Source: Macrostomum hystrix
Lineage: Eukaryota; Animalia; Platyhelminthes
Assembly (NCBI GenBank): GCA_950097015.1
Contig: CATNEN010000039.1
Location: 6,944,001-7,008,000, forward strand
Length of the DNA: 64,000 nucleotides
Direction: 5' to 3'
Of this stretch, positions 49,794 through 63,034 are shown piece by piece (the first letter of the stretch is position 1; the number at the start of each line of letters is the position of its first letter). The notes under the pieces are model-generated. The model searched no databases, was not told the origin of the DNA, and was given only the letters and a program-made list of their open reading frames with translations. Position numbers and translations under genes: made by a program.

Positions 49794-52700
49794 TCAGAGG
49801 ATGCCGAAGCGCTCGAGGTGCTTGTCAATGATGAAAGCGCGGCAGCCTTCAAGCACCTTCTTGACGTTGTCCGTGTTCACAGCGCAGGTGTAATAGTAGC
49901 AGCAGGTGTGATGGTGATATTCGAATTTGAAGTCTGCCCTGCGCTTTCTCTTGGCGATTTCCTGAAAACAGGCATTTAAATTTTGTTTGGCATCGCGAAA
50001 AAAATAAGATTAAAAATATAAAAAACATTGTCTTCTAGATACAGTCATCGGTATACAGGCCTTCATGAAGATAAAGTTTAAAGTTAAAGTTTAACTAATG
50101 GATCCAATTTGGTGGTGAGTGGCAGACCAGTTTGCCTCTCGTCAAGGTCACCGAGCTCGATTCCACGGCGAGGCCACATTCATTTGGGGCGCAGCCGCGG
50201 AGAGAAGGCTTGGGGGCTTGTCGCACAATTTACGCCCTTGAGGGCCAAGCTCCAAGGCATTCCAAGGCAAAGTGAGTGTACACTGCCTGACGATAAAAAA
50301 GTCAGGACAGATGTACACACCTGTGTGAGCCAATGGCTGCGTACGGTGTGCGTGTGTGCTCAGGAGTTAACGAAATGGGCGGAATTGCCTACTCGCTGGC
50401 TGCGGGTCAAGTGTCACCAAATGATGTGCCATTGCCCGCAGCCCTCCAGCAATAATAATAAACATTATTATGGATCCACTAATCCTGTACTGCCACGAAT
50501 TTAAGCTTTTTTACAGCCGGTTACTTAGTTAAAATTTAAATACCTTAAATACCATACTCAAGGTACATGAGTATAACATACTGCCAGGCTTTTCTCATTT
50601 CAACATGAACTTTAAACTTCAGTGCTTTCACTCACTAGGAAGATATTCTTTACAAAGCAGGCCGTTTTGACGGTGTCCGGGTGTACCGCAGGCAGTTCCG
50701 GCTGCTGCTGGTGCTGCTTTTTCCCCTTTTTTTTCTTCCCAGAATCCAACAAAGCGGTTGTTGATTTTGTAGCCACAGGAACCGCCAAAGCTGCGGCTGT
50801 TGGAGCTTTTTGCTGCTGTTGCTGCTGCTGCTGTTGCTGCTGCTGTTGCTGCTGCTGCTGTTGCTGCTGCTGCTGTTGCTGCTGTTGCTGCTGCTGCTGC
50901 TGAAGATGATGACTGTTTCCGTTTGGCGGCCCCTGGCCATCTGCTACTGCCGCGGCAGCCGCAGCCGCTGCCATCTCTTCAAGTCTGGGAAAAGCGTCGA
51001 TGAACTCGCGCTTCTCTTCCTCTGAAATTTGCACAAGGTGGTTGAGAGGTAGACCGGCATTGGTGGGTGCTAAGCGTCTGATATTTGTAGCATTTTTTCT
51101 TGGGTTTTATCTACGAGAGTAAAAAGCTTTATGTCCACGAAATTTAGTTATTAAGTGAACTTTATAATCGGTTTTAAGGGCGTTAAGGTGTAGCTCGTAA
51201 GTTCCTGGCAAAGTATTAACTGCCCGACCCTTATCGCCATCCCGCTACCCCCCTTAACGAATATAAAACCACAGCCGTTCCAACTATTCTACCAGCGTCT
51301 CGACTACCTTCTAACCAAAAGCTAATAAAAGCTTACGATAAGCTAAGTGAAGTTTTATTACTATACCGAAGTATGACTTACTTTGTATTGACACTAATAA
51401 GTGCAGAGGTATTGCCACAAACCTGCTATGAGATTATCACCAAAACTGCTTTTACATTACCACAAAGCTGCTTTGAGATTTCTGCTAGCTCTTGGCATTA
51501 TTATTACAAGTAGATAGACCACGGTATTTTCCCTCCATGCGGAAAAACCACGGGGGTATTTCAAATACCCACAGCATACTTCACGACAGCTACAAAACCG
51601 AATGACCGATTTTCGTAAAAGTTCAGCATCAGATCAACATTTTGCGCCCTTTACGATGAACTGACTTTCAAAGCCGTCAGACACAGCATCGTCCAGATAT
51701 TCAGCGATCTTGTCGAAGACCCTGTTGACAAGGCCAACTAACATTGCTCTGAACAAAGCTGAAATCCTCTTCTGCATGCAGTCTTCAGCCAGCAGACATA
51801 ATCGATGAATGAAATGGATGGTAAAGGGAAAGGATGCCCCTGCGACTGATTGATATAGTTTGTGGAGCCGACATGGTTCCATGATGAAATTTTGTAAGCC
51901 GAAAATTTATCTTAATATTGGTGTTTTTTGCCACCTGACACGCCGACCTGAATTGTTGAATATCCCAATAGTGTCGACGTTTTGTGATTCTGGAAGTTAT
52001 TATAGACATAAAAAAATGTTTTTTAATACTCCGTGGTTTTTTTTAATTCTGCTTCTATGGGGTTTTCGCTAAGCAGCAAGAAAACGATAGCTACGCTCGT
52101 AAGCTTTAATTATTTTGTTGTAAACCTGTGAAACAACGAGAATTTTGCTAATAGGCAATGAGATTATTGCACGGCCTGTGTTAGACTAATGATGCCAGCA
52201 GTTTATCCTAATGATCAGAGATGCAATCATAGTTTTGCAATGAAATGTAATTTTTCCTGCTTAAGGGAAATCGACAACTTAGCGGGAAGTTAGCCGACAG
52301 GGGTGGCTAGTCTTCGCTTAATGAACATATAAATCGAGTTCATGCCAGCTTGATTCGTTTCTTCTCAATTGCGTAACAATGGTCATGCATTCCCTTCGAC
52401 ATAGTTGTGAAAACTAAGCCCTTGTTTTGCATATCATGCAATGCCATTCGCCAGCAATGGCTTTCCTGAGCAAATGCATGTCTGACATACTGAGAGACAG
52501 ACCTAGAGGCTAGTTTGGCATTCACCGTGTTCCATTCGACACAAACTATTATTGCTAAGCAACGACTGCTGAGTGTGATCGCACGGGTCCCCCACCGATT
52601 GTGGAGCTGCTAATGAAACGCTTCCGCTCGATTTGAAATGCAAATTTTGTTCTCACTCTGCCACTCTCCCTTCAGTGTTGCGCACACCAATACAGCATCT

Positions 52701-55700
52701 GCTCTACAACCGGAGCAGCCCAGATCTAGCAGGTTTAAAGCTGTTCAGTGTGGCTGCGTGCTGTGCCTCTGCGAGTGCCAATTTTTTAACCATTTTTCTG
52801 CCGCGCCTCGAGAAATTTGCAAGCGGCGTGCACGAGGCCGCTGCCTGATAAGCAAACAGACTCGCTTTGGCATAGCCTGAATGGTTTTCTCTTCGAGCTT
52901 TCGATTTTTTTTAGTTTCAAGAAGTCCAAACCGGACCCAGGTGTCTCACCCGATGGAACGTAGCGGTCGAAATCCAGCTGGCTGATGAAGTGCACCAGAT
53001 CCAGCGGCCCGATGTGCTTCTTTTTCTGTTTGTCTGTCGCAGATGCGGCAGTCAGCGTTGCACCTGTGGAGGCTCCCAGGGTTGTTGCCGCCGCCGCTGC
53101 TGCTGCTGTTGCCGAGATTATTGGCGGAGCTGATGGCAGCTTGCAGCTTCGACGTCGGTGTAGCATATAATTTGAGTCGTCCTCAGTAGGAGCTACAGCA
53201 GTCGCAGTCGCCGCCGCAGCCTCCAGCTCCAGCGTCTGCTCGCAGTAGGCCAGCATTGTATGAAGCGTTTTTCCAGCTCGAATCTTTTCCTCCAGCTGGT
53301 CAATCTTGTTGATGAATAGCAGCACGGAGACGTCCTGCAGGTAGCGGTTGAGCCATACCTCCTGGAATGTGTCCAGGGACTCCAGAAGGCGATTCTTAGG
53401 CCGGTCACAACCGACGTCTTCTTTCAGTGTGAGATCGAAGCTGCTCACGTCGCATAGGTAAAGGATGGCGGTCACATTGTTGAAACACTGGATCCACTTC
53501 TTGCGCTCACCTTTCTGCCCGCCGACGTCATAGACTCTGCATAATTCGAGTTCGAATTTGATGTGTTTTGAATGTAAGACATTTCTACGAAAAATTAAAC
53601 TTACACCTTCCTGCACCGTGTCACTGGTACAGAACAGCAGCCAGCGAGGAGGCCATTCGCCCATTTCGCTGACTCCTGAGCACACGCCACACACGCACAC
53701 GGATACCGTACGCAGGCACACGCTCACACACGTGTGTACATCTGCCCTGACTTTCTCATCGTCAGGCAGTGAACACTCTCACTGTGCCTTGGAACTTGGC
53801 CCTTAACGGCGTAAATTGCACGACAAGCCCCCAAGTCGTCTCTCAGCGGATGCACCCCCCGCGGAATCGAGCTCAGGGACCTTGGTGCGAGAGGCAAACG
53901 AGTTAACAGCTCTGCCACTCACCCCCTTAACATCTACCTTAGTTTAAGCAAATCTTTCTGTTCGTTAAAAATAAGGATACTTTGGCGGTAAAACAGTATT
54001 TTCTTTTTCATGGCGTTCAGGTATTGTTTTCGTCGTTTTCATGGCGTAATCCATTTTCACCTGAACTTTGCTGTGTGATTCCCGTCCTTAATCTCGAATC
54101 GAATATCCGTGATGTTGTTAGTCATGATGCGACAGCGCAGAATGTCCTGATCTGTTGGCGTGTAGGTCTGGTTTCTGAACAGATGGATTCTGTCGAGGAA
54201 ACTGGCAAAATTATCAAGGGGGATAATTTAGAATCTTGGAGAAAAAACGAGAGATCATTACTGAGAGCAAATAATATTATTATGGCTGAATCGGCTATAA
54301 AACTTGGCTTACTATTTGGCGCAATCAATAAGTTGATACCGGCTGGAGTTCCGGAAGCTCTCCTGTACGCCAGGATCACGCCACAGGCGGTCCACAGTGC
54401 GGAAGAAGCGGCTGGAATAAACGAACGGATCCAGGTCGGCCCGAGCCGCGTTGTGCGCGTGGTTGTCCGCCATCTGCTTCAGCAGCCACGCGCCCATCTC
54501 CGCGGTCTCCTCGCTGCCAAATGGAATGCCCAACTTGTCCATTGCTGCCACAATGCACTGAAACACAGTTTCATGAGTGAGGCAGAGTCCAAGTCCAACT
54601 AATTCAACAAATTACTCATAATTCTAATGCTCTTCCTTCTTCGAGAGTCAGCCCCACAATGGAGTGGGGATCAAGATGGGATAAAAACCGCGGGGACAGA
54701 TTACAGAGCTTGCTGAGCGAGCACGTTCTTTCCACTCTCGAGTGCACGTCCAGTACAGTACAGCTAGCATGGCTACGCTGAAGTGGGTCTGCAGTGACAC
54801 GATACTCCGCCAACATTTGGGCCACCTGTCTTACAGCGATGGAGTCGCGGATATTTCTGCGCATATAGGCAAGCTTCTCACGCCTTTCACTGAAATGAAC
54901 GGCGGATTTGGTGTGCTCAGGTCAGCAAATCTGAACTAAATCAAAATCAGGAGACAGCCAATGCCACTCACTCATAGCTAAATCCGTTGATATGAATTAT
55001 TTGCATCTGCTTGCATATTGTAGACTTTCCAGATTCGCCTGTGCCTGAATAAATGGGAAAAGTAATATAATGTTATTTAATCCTAGTTAGTGCTTCACTT
55101 AATATAAAACTACAGACAGAGCCCACAGACACTGGAGTGGCTGTGCAGGTCATTCGTCACACGCCTCATCTTCTCAGCCAGGACGGCAGTTTAATTTTCA
55201 TGACATGTCGGGGCGGAATCGCAGAAAGGAGGCGTGCAAGTGAAAAAGGCTAATCAGCCTTGATTAGTTAGGCTGATTTCTCCGCTCAGTCCAAAGATTG
55301 CGGCCAGCCCCTCCGCTGCTCATTTCCTTTCCATGATCGCTTATCTCACTCCGTTTACTTTCACTGAGCGTATAGCAACAGCTGGTGCAAATAATGGCTA
55401 GCTGGAGCGCTTCCTTTAAAGCGATTTATTTTTTCACCGGAACACACCGCCCCCCGCCGCCTCTTCAACTGTGCGGACTGGGGAGCCCCTGGCTGAAAAG
55501 CGCTCGCGGGAAAGATCGGTCGTCAGAAAATAACAGTGAACCAGCCGTTGGCCAAACTGTGACAAAGAAGATTTCTTCCCAATCGGCAGCTGCTCTCCAG
55601 ATCCTCTCACCGCTCTTCCTAACCCGAAGCGTACTTCCTCCGACTGGGGGCGACAGTGTCGACTCTGCCCCGTGAGAGCTCAGAGGCGTTAGGCGGACCT

Positions 55701-58057
55701 TAGAAGCCATCTCAGGCGGTTATCTGCAATCACTCGTCATCTCGTCGCGGCATCTAAGATTTGTCTCGGCTAAGTCTTCAGCCTGCAGCAGTATCCCCAG
55801 CTTCTCCACCTAATCGCAATTATTTTTTCAACAGTCCAGTCAGAAATCCCAGCCATTATATCCTGGCAAAGAAGGCTTAGCATGTGGATCAAGTGAAATA
55901 AGTCTAGCTGGAAATATTTTAGAATAAAACTGCCAGCTCTGCCTAACGGATACTTACAGCTTAAAATAAAAATAAAAATTAGTTTTTGGAGTCGACAAAT
56001 AAGATGGAGCCAGTCGGGATGCTTTTGATGAAGGCGGTAGGTGAGTTAGGAATTGGTGAGTACAAAAATTTAACTTAGAAATCCTGGAAACCGGATGTTT
56101 TGCCATACAACATGCCTGGAACTGCATGCCTGTGTGGCAATATACTGAACCCTGAATTGCACAGAAGGAACAGTCCACTGCCAAAGCAAGTATTTTTTGT
56201 TGAAATTGTGCAAATAATGAATAAAATATGAAAAACTGAAGAAGGAAAGAGGCAAGCTTGGTGGCTTGAGTGGTTTGGGGGGGCTTGCAAATCACACCCA
56301 AGAGGGCCAGACTCCATTGACTAAGCAGTGACGATGAGAAAGTCAGGCCAGATGTACACATCCTGTCACTATTAGTGCCTCCAGAGCTTCTTTTGAGAAG
56401 CTTATTATTATAAAAATTATTATTTTAGTCAAGTCTAGACTGTTATAATATATTTAAAGCGAATCGATCAGTAGAGCTGACAGGATATCGCGATCCTAGA
56501 AAAGTAGAATATTGCAGAAAACTGACAACTACTATTCGCGTCTCACTGCTCCACCGATCTCAAGGCCGGTGGAGCTAGGCTGACGTGCTCAAGTTGGAGT
56601 GACAAGTCTGTCAAACTAGTCAAGAAGATCGAACGCTTCTCCCAGGCCTGAGCTACAGCCCTTCTGTCTCTGCCTCACATTTGCTCTCTTTATTATATTC
56701 TTCCTCGGGCAAAGCGGCTGAGCAGTTCATTTCCTGTGCGCCTTCTCTCCCGCAGAAGAAGGAAAGGCAGGGGCGCAAGCCGAAGGCGAAGCGGCAGTTG
56801 CTGACTGCGTTGAGGTGCGGGAAATAAATTTGCCAGTCAGGTAGAGCCCTCAAGCAGGTGAGTGATTGGGAACAGCGCAATACTCAGCGCGCAAGGGGAA
56901 ACAAAAGCGAGAGAAAATAATGGAGAAGATATTAAACAATAAGGAAGTGTGAGTTCGGGAAGGTGCGGGATCTGTATCGAGTTGTCCCATTGCAGTGAGG
57001 AAGAGAGCAGTGGGCAGAGATAAATCGTGAGACGCATATTAGCAAATGTACTCACTTGCACTTTTATTTCCAAGAAGAGGTGAAAGAATTAAGGACATCT
57101 TATATGGCTGAAATCTAAGCGGGACCTTCATTGTGCCCCCAACCTGTCCAGTCAACTCAGATTAACGCTAATACGAGAAGTGAATAGAAAATGTATTTGA
57201 GCTCGGAAAGCGACTGAGATTCGAGAACAAAGTGTTGATGTCATGAAATTGGTCGGAAATAGAGCGTTCAACGAGTTTACCTAATTAAGTATTATCTATC
57301 TAATATCCGAATTCATTTCAGTTAGCAAATTAGATTAGGAAATCATCAACGAAATCAAGCACTAATCTGTCTGGGACAGTGTTCTCAAGCGAGGCTAATC
57401 TGTCTGGGACAGTGTTCTCACGCGAGGCTAATCTGTCTGGGACAGTGTTCTCACGCGAGGCTAATCTGTCTGGGACAGTGTTCTCAAGCGAGGCTAATCT
57501 GTCTGGGACAGTGTTCTCACGCGAGGCTAATCTGTCTGGGACAGTGTTCTCACGCGAGGCTAATCTGTCTGGGACAGTGTTCTCAAGCGAGGCTAATCTG
57601 TCTGGGACAGTGTTCTCACGCGAGGCTAATCTGTCTGGGACAGTGTTCTCACGCGAGGCTAATCTGTCTGGGACAGTGATCTCAAGCGAGGCTAATCTGT
57701 CTGGGACAGTGATCTCAAGCGAGGCTAATCTGTCTGGGACAGTGTTCTCACGCGAGGCTAATCTGTCTGGGACAGTGTTCTCAAGCGAGGCTAATCTGTC
57801 TGGGACAGTGTTCTCACGCGAGGCTAATCTGTCTGGGACAGTGTTCTCACGCGAGGCTCGGACGTATAATTAGTGTTTTCATGACTTCTTATGATGTTTT
57901 CGAAGGTTCCATTGTTCTCACCAAGCAGCAAAAGCTGGATGACCTTCTTCTGGCCTTCAAAGTCCTTAACAGCCGCCTCCGTGATGGCCTCGTCGCGCTG
58001 CCGGCACTCAGCAGAGCGACCATTGCCGGGGGCGAAGCACAGGGACATTGCCCGCAT
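49794..58057 (-). CDS. Heterotrimeric G-protein alpha subunit, Gs class (divergent, with large insertions)
   Basis: Phase-consistent exons 58057-57922, 55044-54972, 54889-54835, 54557-54313, 54201-54061, 53536-52950, 51021-50636, 49961-49794. Motifs: LLLLGTGESGKST, YQLIDCAKYFLD, DILRCRIMT, DVGGQKGERKKWIQCFNNVTAI, NRLLESL..WLNRYL, INKID, TCAVNTDN, HLERFGIL*. Confidence 0.93.
50110..50440 (+). mobile_element. SINE family B (intronic)
   Basis: Homologous along its length to 27865-28180. Confidence 0.85.
50811..50902 (-). repeat. Coding CAG/CAA polyglutamine tract (~30 Q) in G-alpha exon 7
   Basis: tgc/tgt run on the plus strand, in frame with flanking G-alpha sequence. Confidence 0.9.
53615..53925 (-). 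mobile_element. SINE family B (intronic)
   Basis: The minus strand reads ggggtgagtggcagagctgttaactcgtttgcctctcgcaccaaggtccctgagctcgattccg...ctgcctgacgatgagaaagtcagggcagatgtacac. Confidence 0.85.
56255..56365 (+). mobile_element. SINE family B fragment (intronic)
   Basis: tgacgatgagaaagtcaggccagatgtacaca. Confidence 0.6.
57362..57858. repeat. 33-bp intronic minisatellite (ctaatctgtctgggacagtgttctcacgcgagg)
   Basis: About 15 copies; explains the 11-aa-periodic FSREANLSGTV ORF. Confidence 0.95.
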
Positions 58058-58721
58058 GTCGCTGTCTGCTTCACTTCTCTCTGACTTAGCTTAATAGTTC
58101 GAATTCTATTTGAGTTGCTCACTAGCAGTGTCTGATCTGACTGTTGTTCATGAAATTTCTGACTCGGTTTATAGATCTACCTATCTCGATATGTAGTGAA
58201 ACTCTGTCCTGCTCTTTCTGAATCATTCGCGGTCTCTCAGTCTGTCTCTTCTTCGTCTTTCGCCTTTAATTTCTGCCTATTTCGCTACCCCTCACTCCCT
58301 CCCTGGTTGGCTAGTGAAGTCGCGGCCACTGACCAACAGTTTCCATGCAGTGTTTACGCCAGTGCGAGCCCTGAGACCTCTCCGAGTCAGTGAGAGGATA
58401 AAATAAATTGGGGGACTTATGAAATCACAGAGAAGAAATCTGACTGTGGGATTTCTGGCTGTCGATAAACAGTTCGCTGTCAGGTCAACGGAGCCATAGT
58501 CGGCAGATAAGATAGCATGCACTCCCTCCTATTGGCCTAGCATGTATACATGCATAGTGCAAGTCAGCTAGGTAGTGAAGGACTTGGAGTCGTGCTCAAA
58601 CTGACCTGCTAGTCTGTATCTGGTGAATGACTGCATGGTGTTCTATCCGATGCACGAGTATAAAGAAATCCACTAGGCTTCTAAGATTCTAAGATTTGCT
58701 AGATCGAAGCCTTTGTGATTT

Positions 58722-58852
58722 ATCTGAGACTCCCCTAAAGAATATGAGACTCTCCTAAAGATTGTGAGACTCTCCGGACGATTGTGGGACTGCTCAGGAG
58801 ATTTTGAAACTTCCTGGAAGATCGTAAGACTCCCTGAAGATTGTGCGACTCA
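58722..58852. repeat. Highly degenerate ~20-bp tandem repeat (gagactctcctaaagattgt)
   Basis: About 6-7 decayed units. Confidence 0.6.
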
Positions 58853-60609
58853 CAAAATAAATTATTAAATATTTCTGTTTGAAAATGGATTGGACGAGAT
58901 CAGAATGTAGAAAGTTTATAGACTGATTTAGGAAAATTTAGGACAACTTTGAAGTTGAGCACCTTGGAATCCCAGTAAATTCGTACGCATGTTGATCTCA
59001 ACAAATTCTTGCTACTAAGAAGTATACACGAAGGTACTTTACAGTCACTGAGGCGGATTTGGCTACCAGCAGCAACGCAATGTGAAAGACCAGCAATGAA
59101 AATAGGGAAATAAACTCTAAAAAATCAAAGCCATGCAAACATCCTCCTTGTTTGCATCACCTTGATCAGTAAAAGTATGTTTCGCCCCTGAAAAGCAAGA
59201 GCTCGTTGTGTTTGTCTGGCAGTCCAGTTAAAAGCCAATGTTGACTCACCCAACTAACGGCTCTAACATGCTACAAACACTGAGCCGAGGGTCGGGCTCG
59301 AGTTTTACTGCACAATGCTTTAGGCACTTGTTGGCTTTGCGGTTGCACTTTTATGCTTTAGACCTCGTTTACTTTCTATGTTATCTTACTCCCTTTCTCT
59401 CGTGCGCTGTCTCACTCTAGCAGTGCTTACTCACCGCATATGCACCTGCGTATCAGTGCATGTTTTAGCCCTCAAACTATCAAATCGTTTCAATAATCAA
59501 CGTACATTCATCGACCATTCTGTGCATAATAAATAGATCGCAAGTTTTGGCTCTGGCCCTCAACTGTTCGTTTGTCAGCTAACATGACCTTATTCGGCTT
59601 ACAGCACTCTGACTCTGCTGGCGCATGTATTCACCGTCAATCGTAAAGTCTGACAGAGGAATCACGTTGACATTATTTCGTGGATGACGTTTGCATCCTG
59701 TGGACACTGGGGGTGGGGGCGCATGAGTCTCTATCGGCTTGTTAATTGACTCCGGAACAGTTCTGAATCGCTGGGCCTCAACCGGCGCGTGTGTCGCTGG
59801 GCGCTGGCGAAGGCGATCCGCGAACAGACGAGCCGCACCTAATCCGACCATGTCAGGCTCAATCAGCATCCAGGGCCTGCTAGCTTGCACGAGTGGCCAT
59901 ACAGGGCCTTCCTGTATATGAGAAGCGCTATGGGTTGGCTAGCCATATAATGCAGAACTATGAGCTAGAACTACAAAACTGCTCACACTTCTGAGAGACT
60001 AGAGAATGGGAAAGCATATACTCGTAGATTTGATAGAAAGTGCGCCCACTATTATAAAACTAATACGTGTTCTCGATGCAGTCGAGTCATGAGAACATAA
60101 GGTTGCTTATAGATCATTGTTTTGCTCAAATAATAATAATTTAATAATAATTGATTACACCTGCCCCAATTGGGTCAGATGTGCAGCCGACAGCACAGCC
60201 GCAGCTAATGCGCGGCGCATCTGAAGGCTGCGTACGGCTGTTCAGTCCACACTGAACTTTTGCCCGTAACTTTTTTCGGCGACCTCCCCCGGTCTTCGGA
60301 GTAGCGTCAATCAACTCGGCGCAACGAATTCTATCGGAAAAAGTTGTCCCGCAATATGGGTAAACACTTTGAAAACAGTTGACTTTTGAAAAATGTCAAC
60401 TCAATATCTCAACTTTCACTCAGGCAGGCCCTCCACGGCAAAGGTACTGGCAGTACTCGGGTTGATATTTCGAGTGCTAGCTATTCGGAAGGACTCGACA
60501 AGGCGAGTTTAACGCGCAGAAATTCCGAACTCCAACGGTCTCCTTTCAGTGCCAGTTCAATCGTCCAGTAGACGCGTCCAGTAACTAGACGCGTCCATGC
60601 AGTGGGGGG

Positions 60610-60791
60610 ACGCCACACCCACCTTCAATTATCCCAGCTAATGCTGGTACCCATTTAACAGCTGGGTGAACTGAAGCAATGCAGAGTTAAGTGTCTTGCT
60701 AAAGGACACAAATTGTTTCAGTGGAGTCGGGAATCGAAGCCCCGACCTTCAAATCGTGAGTCCGACGCTCTAACCACTAGGCTACAACCTC
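60610..60791 (-). mobile_element. tRNA-derived SINE family A with a CORE-like body
   Basis: The minus strand has GTAGCCTAGTGGTTAGAGCG (A box), GCTTCGATTCCC (B box), then GTGTCCTTTAGCAAGACACTTAACTC and CACCCAGCTGTTAAATGGGTACC, motifs common in invertebrate CORE-type SINEs. Confidence 0.8.
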
Positions 60792-61728
60792 TTGCATCTT
60801 GCATGAGCAGGCGTTTGCTCAAAACGCCTCCACTCTCTATGGGCCAATGCATCCCATAGCGACCAAGTCGCATGCAGCAGCTAGCATTTCTCTGATACGT
60901 CAAACGTCGTACGTCGAATGACTTTATATGCAGCCTCCTTTTATGGCATACTTCGAGACATCCTACTAGCTCGTATACGCAATTCAAAAAGGCACAAACT
61001 TAAAAAATGAACCAATATCGTGTCTGATATTCGAGTGCATCGCGGGAAAATTGCCGTCAATCTTTCTAGACTCCTAAGCGACAGCTTCAGTGAAGGATGG
61101 TCCACTCAAAGATGTGAAATTCGAAACGTAACTGTCGAGATTGTCAGGATTGCTTTGGTGGTGTCATGTTTCTAGCTTTTGGTGCTTTTGTTAGCCCAGG
61201 TAAGATTGGCATCACCACACTTTTAGGAGTCTTTGGCACCTTTAAGAGAGTTGGCCACAGTCTAAGCTGCCCACCTGCCAATCAAATCAACAAACTAGAG
61301 TGCATTATCACTAAAAACAGTCGAATATTCATTCAGCTGAGTGTCTAAATGGTTTAGCAAGCGCAAATAAGAAGATCGCCTGTCTTTGTGTGAACAACAA
61401 GGCTGAGGAGGCACTATAGAACTACTGCATGTGCTTTATTTCGTCAGGTTTACTGCTAGAGCATGATCAGACGCTTCCGGAAAACAGAGATGGTAGAGAG
61501 TATGTACTTTAACTTAAAGAGACAAACAATAAACTGTCCGACACCACAGTAGTGATTTATAGTTAAAATGAATATAAACCTAAAATTTTACAAGCGACAA
61601 GTTGCAAGCTTTTAGAAACGCTTACAAGCAGTACTTATAAGTTCATGTTCATGTTCTTATAGCATTCATGAGGGTTCATCAAATCGGCCGACTTTCTCCT
61701 AGACTGACTGCAACGGATTCGGAGCAAG

Positions 61729-62864
61729 CAGTGTTGGGCATCGTTAACTTTTTTTTAACGGATTAAACATCGATCCGTTAAAGTTAAAATTACAAAAAAG
61801 TTAACGTTTTACAACATTAGCCGTTAATTTCAGAAAAAGTTAACGTTTCAGCGTTAAAAAGCGTTAATTTAAAAGCATTAAAAATAGAATTAATAAAGGG
61901 CACGAGAAACCAACACGGCAACACATGATTTCCAAAGTAATTTTCATGAGACACCATTTTCAAGTGGTGTTTCCAGAATCAGCTGATGCATTAACAGTAT
62001 GCCATAGGGGCTAGGGCATAGCCGCATATTCATACATACTACATAGATAGACATAGACATAGGCATATGGAACCAAATATGAAAAGCCCTAAGTAAGAAA
62101 GGCTAAGATAGGTAGAAGAAAGCCAAAAGCTAATTGGGCAAAAGCGGCGGAAACTACTAAAGCACACCACACTACCAGGCAGTGCAGGCACTAGTCACAA
62201 TCACAACCGCACTACCAGTCTACCACTATACTAAGGTATACACTGATAGAACGACTCTAATATTGTAGAGACTTTTAACCAGTCAGCAGATTCATTGGAG
62301 AACTCGAAACAAATTCAGAGTATATTGCACACCTCATCTATCTCAACTTCTGTAACTTTATTCTTTCCGTAAGAGAAACCAACATCATGCGTAGCAGCGG
62401 TTTCTGTTTGAAATTTTGATTAGCACAATATGCGTTTGAAATGATTAACAAATACTGCATACTCAGCATTGTTAATCAGTTAATCAATACTAGTCACAGC
62501 CAAACTGAAACTGTGCCAAACTATTAATCAATAATAATAATAACCAGTGGGCATTGGCACTATCCAACTCAGCGAAACCACGTGAATTGGTCACTTGGGC
62601 CAACTTCGATCTAGACCGATTCTCTGAAATTGTTGCAAAAAAATGCTGAGTTCAATTCGTTTCATTTGACGCGAATTTTGTGCAAAATTCGTAATTAACG
62701 GAAGTTAACTGCAGTTAAATCGTCAAAAAAGTAACGGAAAATCATGAATCCGTTAAGAGAAAAAAAAATTAACTGAGATCCGTTAAAGTTAAAAAAACGT
62801 TAGCGGCCGGACTTTAACGGACTTTAACGGTTAACGGACATTAACGGACTTGTGCCCAACACTG
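61729..62864. mobile_element. hAT-type non-autonomous element
   Basis: TIR CAGTGTTGGGCA / TGCCCAACACTG; 8-bp TSD GGAGCAAG / GGAACAAG (1 mismatch); many subterminal TTAACG/CGTTAA motifs. Confidence 0.88.
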
Positions 62865-63034
62865 GGAACAAGTAATGTAATATTCTGAATTAGATCCACC
62901 TTCTTAAGTAAGCTTTTTTACTTCGCTCTAACCTGAGCTTACCTAACCTAAGAAGTTATCCCCACATCGGTTGTTACCACCGAGTCACCAAAACAATGAC
63001 CATAAAAATAACTGCCGTCTCTCTGACGTATAAA

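Noticed and set aside
51520-52070. Degenerate inverted repeat (aaaaccacggggtatt / aatactccgtggtttt) with a short internal ORF
   Set aside because: Too decayed to define termini or a TSD, and the ORF has no recognisable motif.
57379-57873. Pentapeptide-repeat-like ORF (ANLSGTVFSRE)
   Set aside because: 33-bp DNA repeat inside G-alpha intron 1; the near-perfect nucleotide identity points to a minisatellite rather than a protein.
60700-60790. tRNA gene
   Set aside because: The tRNA-like head continues into a SINE body and has degenerate dispersed copies.
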